This document shows, piece by piece, positions 46,363-55,881 of a stretch of 64,000 nt of DNA (within the stretch, counting starts at the first letter, position 1; each line of letters opens with the position of its first letter). The notes below the pieces were generated by a model. It was not told where the DNA came from. It was given only the letters and a program-made list of their open reading frames with translations, and did not search any database. A program made the translations under genes and the position numbers. Source of the DNA: Candidatus Micrarchaeota archaeon (lineage in GTDB: Archaea > Micrarchaeota > Micrarchaeia > Burarchaeales > Fermentimicrarchaeaceae); contig JACCLF010000047.1 in assembly GCA_013425405.1 (NCBI GenBank), forward strand, positions 3,252-67,251, read 5' to 3'.

Positions 46363-47622
46363 ATGGTTGAGAGACTCGCCAAGCCCCCAGAACTTATAAT
46401 TGAGAAAGAGGCGGTTCTCCACAGAGCTAGAGAATTTTCTAAGTATGCAGATCTAGGTGAGATTAGCGTCTATGAAGAGAAGGGCCTGCTCAAATACATG
46501 CTATATAACCAGAATACCCTGTCATTTGGGGAAGGGGGAAGAGAGAAATTCCTTGGCAGCCTTGAAACTTTCAAAGTTGGGAGAGAAAGGAAGGGAATGG
46601 AGCTTGTTATAAAAGTAATCGACAAATTCGGCTATGTTCCCGAGGATATGGCATATGATGTACTGGCTCCCTATACGAGAACCCACAAACAAAAGGTTGA
46701 CAACCAAGTGAAGTATGCCTCATACAAAAGAGCAAAAACTCTAATTGATGCCTCCCTCTCTGATGGATGCCTCAAGAAAGAATTGTGGAAACCGAGAGGT
46801 GAGGAACACCTTGAATATTGGGTCTGGTATGAGCTTAAGAACAGGAGGATATTCGATAACTGGCCCTTTGTTTCTAATGAAAACAATAAGCATGTCGGGC
46901 GACCGATAAGCGAAGCTATATACTCCCCTACGGTGAATACCGCGTATATAAAGCCGAAGTTTAAAATTCAACGGCACGAATTCGTAGAGTCCAACAGAAA
47001 TACAATAGACAAAATAATGAGGAAATTCGACTCAAGACTGGCAGGCTTCAGCTATGAGAAAGAGGGTAGGAACATATTCTTAAGATGCGGTTTAACAGTG
47101 GATTGGATAATCGCATTCGAAATTCCACTGCCAAAAGCACTGGAGCTTGCAAAAACCCACCCAGAAAACTGGATGGAGAAAAGAATTCTAACCAGGTACA
47201 GCGAGATAAAACTTCCCAGAGGCGGTTCTGTTGAAACCTGGAAGGCAAACATTGAATACAGCAAACTGAACGGAATAAAATTCAAGGAAAACACCGCCAT
47301 TCTTATGACGGACCACCAGAAGTTCAAAGAGTCGCATAGATTCTTTGTTGAAAAGGGAATTCAGTTCAATGACTTCCTTCAGATTTTCACTTTTGATCTG
47401 GAAAGAATAAAGAAAAACTATGAATTCTGCGTTGAGCAACACTTGCAATTCAATGAATGCCTGAAACTGCTTGTAATACCCACTGGACAATTGCGAGAGA
47501 ATTATGACCTTTGTGAGTCTTTCAGAGATAGGATAGACAACTCAGGTTACCCCCATCTTCTTGTAAAGCCAACGGAAAAATTGAAAAAGAGATTTGGAGT
47601 TGACCAACCGCAAGCAATATAA
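46363..47622 (+). CDS. Hypothetical protein with C-terminal ~29-aa helical repeats
   Basis: Start at MVERLAKPPE. The repeats are ...NIEYSKLNGIKF..., ...SHRFFVEKGIQFNDFL..., ...NYEFCVEQHLQFNECL... and ...NYDLCESF... Confidence 0.5.
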   Translation: MVERLAKPPELIIEKEAVLHRAREFSKYADLGEISVYEEKGLLKYMLYNQNTLSFGEGGREKFLGSLETFKVGRERKGMELVIKVIDKFGYVPEDMAYDVLAPYTRTHKQKVDNQVKYASYKRAKTLIDASLSDGCLKKELWKPRGEEHLEYWVWYELKNRRIFDNWPFVSNENNKHVGRPISEAIYSPTVNTAYIKPKFKIQRHEFVESNRNTIDKIMRKFDSRLAGFSYEKEGRNIFLRCGLTVDWIIAFEIPLPKALELAKTHPENWMEKRILTRYSEIKLPRGGSVETWKANIEYSKLNGIKFKENTAILMTDHQKFKESHRFFVEKGIQFNDFLQIFTFDLERIKKNYEFCVEQHLQFNECLKLLVIPTGQLRENYDLCESFRDRIDNSGYPHLLVKPTEKLKKRFGVDQPQAI

Positions 47623-47660
47623 AATGTTAATGAATTAATTACTGCACAGATTGAGGTGAG

Positions 47661-47777
47661 TTGTTGGGTTCAATCCCAAGAAAATGGAAGAAAGCCGGAA
47701 GAATGCGTTGGAAATGGCTTAAGAAAAGAAGAAAGAAGATGAAGAGAAAGCTTAAGAGAAGAGTTGGCGAGCTTTAG
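47661..47777 (+). CDS. rpl41e: Ribosomal protein L41e
   Basis: Not in the track. TTG start after GAGGTGA. ...GSIPRKWKKAGRMRWKWLKKRRKKMKRKLKRRVGEL matches the recalled archaeal L41e core RRWKKKGRMRWKWYKKR. Confidence 0.65.
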   Translation: MLGSIPRKWKKAGRMRWKWLKKRRKKMKRKLKRRVGEL

Positions 47778-48427
47778 GCTCCCGCCCAGCTCCTAACAAC
47801 ATATCTACCTCTCTTCTCTATTTCCGCAAGTTGTCTCATAACCTCTCCATACTTTTCATACTTCCCATACCCCGAGAGGAAACTCCTGTACGTCTTCTCA
47901 CTGCCAAGCGATTTCTTCATTAGCAGAACATCAATAGCTTGTTCCTCCGCATCCTTTGAGAAGCTTCCCAAACCGAAATCTATGAAAAAAACCTTTCTGC
48001 CATCCACCATCACATTTGCGGTTGTGAAATCTCCATGGACTACGCCCAACCTGTGAAGTCTTGCCAATCCCCTGCCGGCTTCTCTTACCACCCGGCTGAT
48101 GTCTTTTCCCTTTCTATGCTTGATGAAATCCCTGAGCAAAACTCCGTCTATAAAACCAAGCTTCAGGCTGAATTCGTCTATTTCGTATACGGGCGGGCAA
48201 GCCACACTCGCTTCCTTTGCCGAGTGCAGTAGAGACGCTTCACTCCTTGTCCTGCTTCTCCTCAGCGGGACGTCTATCTCCTTTATCCTATATCTCTTGA
48301 TGACCCTGTTCTTAGTGGCGACTCTCCTGTTGATAAACCTGTCCGTATAGAGTTCTGCCTCCGCACCCCTCGCAAGGAATTTTGCCATACCTTCCATTAG
48401 CATCAGACGAATATATACCTTATCCAT
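47774..48427 (-). CDS. bud32: KEOPS kinase Bud32
   Basis: RGAEAELY, HRLGVVHGDFTTANVMV, FIDFGL and IEKRGRYV. The start is shortened because the 284-aa track ORF overlaps the upstream gene. Confidence 0.85.
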   Translation of the reverse strand: MDKVYIRLMLMEGMAKFLARGAEAELYTDRFINRRVATKNRVIKRYRIKEIDVPLRRSRTRSEASLLHSAKEASVACPPVYEIDEFSLKLGFIDGVLLRDFIKHRKGKDISRVVREAGRGLARLHRLGVVHGDFTTANVMVDGRKVFFIDFGLGSFSKDAEEQAIDVLLMKKSLGSEKTYRSFLSGYGKYEKYGEVMRQLAEIEKRGRYVVRSWAGA

Positions 48428-48438
48428 TATCCGCCAGA

Positions 48439-48777
48439 CTATACTTCCTTGATAGCTGCGTATAAAACAAGCATTACAACAAACGCTATGAACGCCCAGA
48501 ATACTATATCCAGTATGCCGCCGAGCCAGTTTATACTCCCACTCTGCCATCCGTAATATGTGTTGTAACTGAACCAGGGGTATGGATAGCCGTTTGCTAT
48601 ATTTTGTCCCACGCAGTTTTCCGTGCACTCTGAAATCTTGTAATATGCTCCCGATATTAGAACTACAATTAATGATATGATAAGAGCGTATAATATCCCA
48701 TCGCTAAACTTCGATTCGCTTATGCTCACGGCTTCCTGAACTTTTCGAATCTCAGGCGCTTTCTTCTTCCTAGGCAT
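48439..48777 (-). CDS. Small two-TM membrane protein
   Basis: 112 aa: basic N-terminus, TM, Trp/Tyr/Gly-rich loop, TM. Confidence 0.45.
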   Translation of the reverse strand: MPRKKKAPEIRKVQEAVSISESKFSDGILYALIISLIVVLISGAYYKISECTENCVGQNIANGYPYPWFSYNTYYGWQSGSINWLGGILDIVFWAFIAFVVMLVLYAAIKEV

Positions 48778-48924
48778 AAAGCATCACCAATTATGGTTAT
48801 CCCAAGCCCATTAATAAATATAACTCTTAAAAACATCAAAAAATTCATCACCAACTTATCTGGAGCGCATGATGGACATAAACCCTCCATTAATATTATA
48901 TACCAACATCAGCAATAAGAGTTC

Positions 48925-50370
48925 ATGAGATACAAAAAAGCGCAAATATCCGGTCTCGATCTTATACTTGCAATAATGCTTTTCTCTACTGCGATTATAC
49001 TTTTTTCGATTTTATGGGAAGTAGTGCAGTACAATGTAAAAACATCAACGGATGCGAATGTAATCGCCATCCAGGTTGCAAACAGGCTTCTGGACAGCCC
49101 AGGATACCCACTTAACTGGAACGCAACAAATGTGCAGCTGATAGGCCTGTCATCTGACAGAGGAGTGATGGACCAAGAAAAATTACAGAACCTCATCAAT
49201 CTTCTGAATAACCCCGCCACTTACGACCAGGCGAGGACGCTTCTTGGTCTTGGGCCGTACCAGATTTGCGTCAATATGACGTATCCGGATGGCACTCCAG
49301 TGATAATTAACAATCAAACCAATCAAACTGCCGTTGGTGGCAACTGCAATATCAGCGCCACAAGCTCCAGCAGCATAACAAGAACGGCTCTGTACGGGGA
49401 AGTCGTCGTTCATAACAATTCAATAACTTTCATTCTTGACTCTTCTGGAAGCATGAATTGGTACTCCACTTCTCTGGGATACACCCCCGGTGGCAATCTC
49501 ACAAGCTCATGGGTTAATACATTCAATGTAACATTCAACTCCACAAGCTCCAATTTTGATTTCGTGATGGAAACAAATGATAGTGGCAGCTCTAATTCCA
49601 GGATAAATGTAACAAGCCCATCGGGAATCAAGTACGGATGCAGGGATGGCAATCCAGGCTGCACCAACTGCGGCACTGGGTGCACAGCAACCCACTACAG
49701 CGGAGCAGATTACCTGAATTTCACAAGCTCGCGGTGGGAGAATGGAACATGGAGGGTCTATGTCAAAAAGTATAACCACCCAGGCACTCTATCCTACGAT
49801 GCTATGGCTCAAACTCCTCCTGTGAGGATAGATGCAGCAAAGAATGCAACAAAGAATTTCATTAATTTAATCCATGGCACATCCAGCTCGAAGGATGAGA
49901 TAGCGCTCTACAGGTTCAATCCGGTTGGAGGTGGGTGCAACAGCCTGAGATTGAGCAATTTCACGCAAGATAATAATACGCTAATAGGTAACGTTAGCAC
50001 CATAACCGCAAATGGTGCAACTCCAATTGCGCAAACTCTAAAAGATGCTGCAGATAACTCACTTAAATGGGCAACAAAGAAGCACACAATGATGATACTT
50101 GTCTCTGACGGAAGCGAGACATGCAATATGAGCACAACCGCCGTAAGTGATGCTGCGCTATATGCTATTAACTATGTTGAAAAGATATGCACGGTTGGAT
50201 TCGCCCAGGGCACTGCAGGCGAGGATCAGCTCAGGACTGTTGCCCGCATTGGAAAATGCCAGTATTACTCCGCAAGAAATCAAGCACAGCTGGCGCAGGC
50301 TCTGACGCAGATATATTTCGGAAATCTAGAGAAGCAGAACGTGTGGCTAACAATAGTGGTATGGAAATGA
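48925..50370 (+). CDS. Pilin-like (class III signal peptide) protein with vWA domain
   Basis: N-terminus MRYKKAQISGLDLILAIMLFSTAIILF. MIDAS ITFILDSSGSM. Later vWA elements are DEIALYRF, TANGATPIAQ and MMILVSDGSE. Many N-x-S/T sequons. Confidence 0.75.
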   Translation: MRYKKAQISGLDLILAIMLFSTAIILFSILWEVVQYNVKTSTDANVIAIQVANRLLDSPGYPLNWNATNVQLIGLSSDRGVMDQEKLQNLINLLNNPATYDQARTLLGLGPYQICVNMTYPDGTPVIINNQTNQTAVGGNCNISATSSSSITRTALYGEVVVHNNSITFILDSSGSMNWYSTSLGYTPGGNLTSSWVNTFNVTFNSTSSNFDFVMETNDSGSSNSRINVTSPSGIKYGCRDGNPGCTNCGTGCTATHYSGADYLNFTSSRWENGTWRVYVKKYNHPGTLSYDAMAQTPPVRIDAAKNATKNFINLIHGTSSSKDEIALYRFNPVGGGCNSLRLSNFTQDNNTLIGNVSTITANGATPIAQTLKDAADNSLKWATKKHTMMILVSDGSETCNMSTTAVSDAALYAINYVEKICTVGFAQGTAGEDQLRTVARIGKCQYYSARNQAQLAQALTQIYFGNLEKQNVWLTIVVWK

Positions 50371-50807
50371 GAAAAGGAGTTATTTTCACCTTTGATGCGC
50401 TTGTTGCTGTTGTCATAGCAGTAATGGCACTGACCGTACTCATGCAGATGGTGAGCCTGAGGACAAGCGAATGGTACAAGGAGATTGCGCTCTACAACTC
50501 CGCCCAGGATTTTCTCACCTCAAGGGATAAGGATGATACGCTAGTCGGAGCATTCAGCAAAACACCTGGGAATATCACATCAACTTTCACAGGTCTTATA
50601 GCATCCCAGATTCCTGCCAACATGGTGGCGCGACTGAACTTTACCATCTGCAGGTACAATCAAACTGCTTCTGCTTTTACATGCAATCAGAATATAACTG
50701 CGGGGTCAAATGGCACAACTCCTGTCAAAAGCGTTGTTAGAAGAGTCTTCACGGATCCGGCGAATAACTATTATGGCGTAGCCGTTATGGAAGTGTGGTA
50801 CAGATGA
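50367..50807 (+). CDS. Pilin-like protein (class III signal peptide)
   Basis: MRKGVIFTFDALVAVVIAVMALTVL. The ATG overlaps the upstream stop (ATGA). Confidence 0.7.
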   Translation: MRKGVIFTFDALVAVVIAVMALTVLMQMVSLRTSEWYKEIALYNSAQDFLTSRDKDDTLVGAFSKTPGNITSTFTGLIASQIPANMVARLNFTICRYNQTASAFTCNQNITAGSNGTTPVKSVVRRVFTDPANNYYGVAVMEVWYR

Positions 50808-51682
50808 AAAGAGGATTCATGCTCACTGCAATCACAGTAGTGCTATTCATGTTGCTGATAGACACAGCTCTCCAGTACTCCGAGAACTCATCAGCTTACT
50901 CAAAGAGAATCTCCGAGATGATTGTATCAAACAAAGTAACCTATACGTTTGATGATATAAACCAAGATGTAACCAGGATATTTGGCGTAAGCATAACCCA
51001 GAAGGCACCTTACTTGGTAATACAGGATTCAATGCCTGCTAGCAATATAACAACCAATCTTGGGCTCTATGAAAATTTTGTAAGGAACTACTACCTGCCT
51101 CCGGAAATAGAGGCAAAATTCCTGAATTCAAACGAACAGCCTATAACTCTAAACAACCTCTCAGCCAGTATTTTTGTAAGCCCATTCAACCTTAACTATG
51201 GCTACGATAATTTTAGCAAAAACAATCTTCTTATACAGGTCCCCGTTTCGCAGGTAGGCGCGATACCAAATGTGTGGTACAACCTGACAGTGACAAGCGG
51301 CAACTTTTCCATACCCCCGGATACTATAACTTGGGATACCCTGCCTGCTGGATGCTGCATTATTCTTGGTGTGACAATATATGATGGCGCTGCCGTAGTT
51401 CCATACAACTATAGCGGTATTTTTAACCCCACCAATTCTCCACCTGGGCATCTCAACCTGAGTTTCGTGGATCAGAACTGCTCGATGGAGATTCAGATAG
51501 GGAGCCAGTACCTCCTCAACCTCACCAATCACGGATGCAACATATCCAGCCAGATCAGCTTCAGCCTCAATGACAGTAACACACGTATTTATCTCCCTGA
51601 AAAAATAAGCGTCAGAGATGTGAACTACAACACTTCAAAGAAGGATAACATAAATCTAGTTGTAAAAAAGCTGATGGGCTAG
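50804..51682 (+). CDS. Pilin-like protein (class III signal peptide)
   Basis: MKRGFMLTAITVVLFMLLIDTAL. ATGA overlap with the upstream gene. Sequon-rich. Confidence 0.65.
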   Translation: MKRGFMLTAITVVLFMLLIDTALQYSENSSAYSKRISEMIVSNKVTYTFDDINQDVTRIFGVSITQKAPYLVIQDSMPASNITTNLGLYENFVRNYYLPPEIEAKFLNSNEQPITLNNLSASIFVSPFNLNYGYDNFSKNNLLIQVPVSQVGAIPNVWYNLTVTSGNFSIPPDTITWDTLPAGCCIILGVTIYDGAAVVPYNYSGIFNPTNSPPGHLNLSFVDQNCSMEIQIGSQYLLNLTNHGCNISSQISFSLNDSNTRIYLPEKISVRDVNYNTSKKDNINLVVKKLMG

Positions 51683-52651
51683 CTACCAAACTACCTCCAC
51701 TTCGTCAACCCTCATCTTCTGAACAACTCTGCAGTCGGCCAGCTTCATCTTTACTCCTGAGTTATACATGAGGCTCCCAGTCATTGCTATCATGGCTCCA
51801 TTGTCCGCATTGAACTGCCCCTCAGTTACAAAAAGCCTGCAGCCATGGGGCTTGGTCATTTCTTTCAGCATTTCCTGCAGCCTGCTGTTCTGTGCGACTC
51901 CCCCGCAGAGTATGAGCTCCTTCCTCTTTGTCAATGCCAGGGCCCTCTCAGTAGCCTCAACGAGCATTGAGAAAGCAGTTTCCTGCAGTGAGTAGCAAAC
52001 ATCCTCACTTCTATGCGTTTTCAGGCTATTCTGTGCCTCTGTTAAGAGACCTGCGAAGACCAAATCCATTCCTTTCACAGAGTAGGGCAGCGGGATGTAC
52101 CTCCCCTCCCGCGCCATCTTCTCAATAACAGAACCATGGGCGTGTTTCAAACCAATGCTCCTGCCGACAGAGTCTATGAGATTCCCCAAGCCGATATCAA
52201 GCGTTTCACCCATTACTCGGTATCTCCTATCCTCCCGCACTATTATCTGAGTGTTTCCTCCGCTGACATACACTACAAGTGGGTTCCTGCATCTGCAGAG
52301 GGTTCTTGCTATTTCAATGTGCGCCAGGGCATGATTAACCCCAATTATCGGTCTGTCAAGCATCTGGGCCATCATTTTTGCCCCCACCAGCCCAATTTTC
52401 AAGCAGGCTCCTAGGCCAGGACCCATTGTAAAAGCGACAAGTTCAACATCATCCAGTCCAACGCCGGCTGTTTCCAGAGACCTTTTCAGAACTGGCTCAA
52501 ACTCCTTTGAGAGGAAATCCGCAGCCTTTCTTGGGTGTATGCCAGCGTATTTTGGCTGGTAGGTGCTCCTCTCGTTGGCAAGCACCCTTCTTCCGTCAAC
52601 TATCCCAATCCCGACGGTATGCGCGCTGCTTTCCATCCCGATGCATATCAT
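51683..52651 (-). CDS. kae1: tRNA N6-adenosine threonylcarbamoyltransferase Kae1
   Basis: MICIGMESSAHTVGIGIV, HALAHIE and a C-terminal ADNGAMIA-type motif. Confidence 0.9.
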   Translation of the reverse strand: MICIGMESSAHTVGIGIVDGRRVLANERSTYQPKYAGIHPRKAADFLSKEFEPVLKRSLETAGVGLDDVELVAFTMGPGLGACLKIGLVGAKMMAQMLDRPIIGVNHALAHIEIARTLCRCRNPLVVYVSGGNTQIIVREDRRYRVMGETLDIGLGNLIDSVGRSIGLKHAHGSVIEKMAREGRYIPLPYSVKGMDLVFAGLLTEAQNSLKTHRSEDVCYSLQETAFSMLVEATERALALTKRKELILCGGVAQNSRLQEMLKEMTKPHGCRLFVTEGQFNADNGAMIAMTGSLMYNSGVKMKLADCRVVQKMRVDEVEVVW

Positions 52652-53433
52652 TTAATCACTTTGAACCAGTAGTAAAGTATTACCATTGCAACATTTATGA
52701 AGTTAAACGTCGCATGAGCGAATATTGACGGTATCACTGACTTCCTTCTTCTGCATAGAAGTGCAAATATTAAACCGGCTGTGAAGGCTGCGAGCGACTC
52801 CGTCAAAGAGCCATAGGAGTAATGCGCTGCTGTGAAAAGCACTGTTGAGATAACCACTCCAAACCGGCTGAGCAGGAATCCCCTGAAGAAAACTTCCTCT
52901 GCAATGGGGGCGATTGTAAAAGAAAAAATCAATATGTACCAGGGCAAGCCGCCCATTAACATTGACACCTTTCCAGGCTCCTCAAGGTGCAGCAGAAATA
53001 CTACCACAATAGCCTCCATAATGACCAATGGACCGACAAGAAGCAAGGTTGTTGCCACTCCCCAAATTGCATCCATTATAAATCCATCCTTTTTTAGACC
53101 AAGATAGCTAAAAGTTTTTTCCAAGCTCCTATGCTGCAGCTCAGCATCCCAAAAAAACGGGAAGGAGAGGAAAGCTATTGAAAGATCCATTGATGAGGCA
53201 TAGGGAACACGCATCAAAAACAGCACTAGAGCTGCATACAACAAAACAAACCAAATTCCCGCAGCTTTTCCGTACCTCTTTCCTACCTCCGCAGTGCATA
53301 CGACAAGCGCAAACCCCAGAAAGGGAATGGATACGAAGACAGGTGATCCTTTTATTAAAAACGTTACGAGAGCGAACATGGAACCAAGAAATAGAAGCAG
53401 AGCGAGTACGCGAAAGGTTCTCTCATTCTGCAT
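52648..53433 (-). CDS. CPBP-family intramembrane glutamic protease
   Basis: EEVFFRGFLL, TAAHYSYG and HATFNF motifs. Confidence 0.8.
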   Translation of the reverse strand: MQNERTFRVLALLLFLGSMFALVTFLIKGSPVFVSIPFLGFALVVCTAEVGKRYGKAAGIWFVLLYAALVLFLMRVPYASSMDLSIAFLSFPFFWDAELQHRSLEKTFSYLGLKKDGFIMDAIWGVATTLLLVGPLVIMEAIVVVFLLHLEEPGKVSMLMGGLPWYILIFSFTIAPIAEEVFFRGFLLSRFGVVISTVLFTAAHYSYGSLTESLAAFTAGLIFALLCRRRKSVIPSIFAHATFNFINVAMVILYYWFKVIK

Positions 53434-53437
53434 CCTA

Positions 53438-53587
53438 TTACCTTCTCGCTTCCAAGTAGCCGCATTTCCCGCAGGAGAACCTATCCTTGTGCTCTGCCAG
53501 ATGAACGCCGCTTCCGCATTTCGGGCACGAGCGCCTCTGCTTGTACTTCTTAACCTCTTTCTTCTTTTTCTCAGCCACTCTTCTCAC
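53438..53587 (-). CDS. rps27ae: Ribosomal protein S27ae (eS31)
   Basis: Not in the track. (MRR)[49 protein letters not shown] start at 53587 or 53578, overlapping the rps24e stop. Confidence 0.85.
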   Translation of the reverse strand: MRRVAEKKKKEVKKYKQRRSCPKCGSGVHLAEHKDRFSCGKCGYLEARR

Positions 53588-53915
53588 CCTTCTCCTCCTT
53601 TGCAGGAGCTTTCTCCTCAGCCTTCTTCTCTTTCTTTACTCCGGCGTCTCTCTCAAGCTTGTATTTGCTCTCTATGCCCATTGCCTCACTGTTTGAATAT
53701 ACTTTGGCATACCCCTTCAAATCCTGGCTGCCGTACCCCTGCTCAAGTATGTCTATCACCACAAGAGAGCTGTCAGCCCCAAGCTTTGAGCAAAGCGACT
53801 CCTTGACCCCCTTCCTGCTCGGGGTGGAGCCTGAGAAGCTTGCCCTGAACCTGATCTCTTTTCTATTCAGAATTGGATTGTCCTTCTGCTCGGTTATTTT
53901 AATCTCCATCTTCAA
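53571..53915 (-). CDS. rps24e: Ribosomal protein S24e
   Basis: [36 protein letters not shown]. Confidence 0.9.
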   Translation of the reverse strand: MKMEIKITEQKDNPILNRKEIRFRASFSGSTPSRKGVKESLCSKLGADSSLVVIDILEQGYGSQDLKGYAKVYSNSEAMGIESKYKLERDAGVKKEKKAEEKAPAKEEKGEKSG

Positions 53916-54313
53916 CCCCTCACCCTATTTATAATCTTTTTACCCATGCTCTCTAGGTACTCAACTTCTTTTCCCACCGTCATCTCATTCTTCATCTCCT
54001 GCGGAATTGTCATATCAAAAGTGCTGTAGTCCGCCAGGTCCATTATCTGCACGCTCTCCCCAGTGATTGACACCACCTGGCCTACCTTCCTCTCAATTAT
54101 CGGCACCTCAACATCTGCATCTGACGGCTTGAGCAGGGTCTTCTTCTGCCCGTCGAATATGCCCATTGCCGTAACTCTCATCTTGGCAGCCCCATGCTTT
54201 CCAGGCGCCGAAACCTCAATCTCCACAATCCTGCATGGAATGTCATCTATAATGGCATATTTGCCTATTCTCAGGTCTTTCATAACTGCAAGTATCCTAT
54301 CGGTCATTGTCAA
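53912..54313 (-). CDS. eif5a: Translation initiation factor 5A
   Basis: Hypusine-site motif SAPGKHGAAKMRV. Confidence 0.9.
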   Translation of the reverse strand: MTMTDRILAVMKDLRIGKYAIIDDIPCRIVEIEVSAPGKHGAAKMRVTAMGIFDGQKKTLLKPSDADVEVPIIERKVGQVVSITGESVQIMDLADYSTFDMTIPQEMKNEMTVGKEVEYLESMGKKIINRVRG

Positions 54314-54357
54314 TACCTACCTATCATTTTTTAACTTCTTAATTTTTAAACATTCTC

Positions 54358-55104
54358 ATGCAATTCATCGACTCGCACTGCCATCTTGATGCATTCAAGA
54401 ACTATGATGAGGTCGTCTCCCGGGCATTGAAATCTGGGGTTAAAGCAATTATCACCTCGGGCTGCTCTGTCAATTCCAAAAACAAAACCATTGAGATAGC
54501 CCAGAAATACCCCTCCTGCGTCTTCCCTGTTATTGGAGTAGCACCTCAGGAAGCAATGAGCATGAACAGTTTTGACTCTGAGCTGTCGTTTCTCAGGGAT
54601 AATAAACTCAAGGTAATAGGCGTTGGGGAGGTTGGTTTGGATTTCCACTGGGCCAAGTCACCTGAAGAAGTATCAAAACAGCGCGAGTGCTTCGAGCTAT
54701 TCCTCGACTACTCGATTTCAGAGAAGCTTCCCGTAGTGGTCCATTCCCGGGATGCAGAGAAGGATGTGCTTGATATCCTCATGAAGAAAGGCGCGGAGAG
54801 AGTCCTGCTGCACTGCTTCTCTGGGCAGCTCTCCATTGCTGAGAGCGCTGCAGAGCACGGCTTCCTGATATCAATACCGCCTGTGCCATCAAGGACAAGG
54901 GAAAAGGTAATTAAGCACATACCACTTGAAAACTTATTGCTGGAAACCGATGCTCCCTACCTGGGAAAAGAGCCTTCTGACGTTGACGACTCAGCCCAGC
55001 TTGTGGCGAGCATTAAGGAGCTGGAGGTGGAGGAGGTTTCCAAAGCGACTACAAAGAGCTGTATGGCTCTGTTCAACATGAGGGGTTTGAATGGCGGTGA
55101 TTGA
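54358..55104 (+). CDS. tatD: TatD-family metal-dependent hydrolase
   Basis: MQFIDSHCHLD, GEVGLDFHW, VVHSRDA and LLETDAPYL. Confidence 0.9.
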   Translation: MQFIDSHCHLDAFKNYDEVVSRALKSGVKAIITSGCSVNSKNKTIEIAQKYPSCVFPVIGVAPQEAMSMNSFDSELSFLRDNKLKVIGVGEVGLDFHWAKSPEEVSKQRECFELFLDYSISEKLPVVVHSRDAEKDVLDILMKKGAERVLLHCFSGQLSIAESAAEHGFLISIPPVPSRTREKVIKHIPLENLLLETDAPYLGKEPSDVDDSAQLVASIKELEVEEVSKATTKSCMALFNMRGLNGGD

Positions 55105-55549
55105 TAAGCTGAGGTCATTTATGAAGTCCAAAGAGGAGAAGAATGTGGCTCTTCTAGTTGACGGACCGAATGTCATACGGAAGGATGTGAATATAGATTT
55201 GGAGGGAGTGAAGAAGAAGGTTGAGAAATATGGAAAGATAAGGATATGCAAGGTTTTCCTGGACCAGTACGCTTCAGACAAGCTCATAGAGGCAGTGATA
55301 AACCAAGGGTACGAGCCTGTGATAACAACCGGGGATGTTGATGTGACGATGGCAGTATATGCAGTTGAGCAGATTTTCAACCCCCGCATCCAGATACTCG
55401 CTCTGATGACGAGGGATATTGACTTCAGGCCGGTCATAGTGAAGGCAAAGGAGAAGGGAAAGGAGACTATTGTAATAGGTGCTGACCCGGGCTTCAGCGT
55501 TGCCCTGAAGAAGACTGCGGACATTGTCATATTCGCGGATGCCCGCTGA
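55091..55549 (+). CDS. NYN-domain (LabA-like) protein
   Basis: VALLVDGPNV ... GDVDVTMAV ... LALMTRDIDFRPVI pattern. Confidence 0.65.
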   Translation: MAVIDKLRSFMKSKEEKNVALLVDGPNVIRKDVNIDLEGVKKKVEKYGKIRICKVFLDQYASDKLIEAVINQGYEPVITTGDVDVTMAVYAVEQIFNPRIQILALMTRDIDFRPVIVKAKEKGKETIVIGADPGFSVALKKTADIVIFADAR

Positions 55550-55605
55550 GAAAGGTTTATAAACTTCGGGAGGGATACGTATTCATTGTTTTTTAGAGGT
55601 GAACT

Positions 55606-55830
55606 ATGACAGAGAAGAGACCTTTTGACATTCTGAATGGAGCTCTTGGAGGCGCCGTGCTTCTGAAGCTCAAGGACGGAGTTGAGGTAAGGGGCACCAT
55701 GGCATCGTATGATGTGCACATGAACATTGTGCTCGAGAACTCCGAGCAGCTTGAAAACGGGGAAGTGAAGAGGAAGCTCGGCACAATGCTGGTTAGGGGA
55801 GACAACATAGTGTTCATATCCCCTTCCTGA
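55606..55830 (+). CDS. Sm-like archaeal protein (LSm)
   Basis: LLKLKDGVEVRGTMASYDVHMNIVLEN...LVRGDNIVFI (Sm1/Sm2 motifs). Confidence 0.9.
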   Translation: MTEKRPFDILNGALGGAVLLKLKDGVEVRGTMASYDVHMNIVLENSEQLENGEVKRKLGTMLVRGDNIVFISPS

Positions 55831-55881
55831 AAAACCACCAAGACTACTCGTGTTAGTTCTATCTGCATACTGTAAAATAGT

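Noticed and set aside
48428-48628. Long (284-aa) version of the Bud32 ORF.
   Set aside because: The extension overlaps the upstream two-TM gene and has no kinase homology. Bud32 homology starts near MAKFLARGAEAELY.
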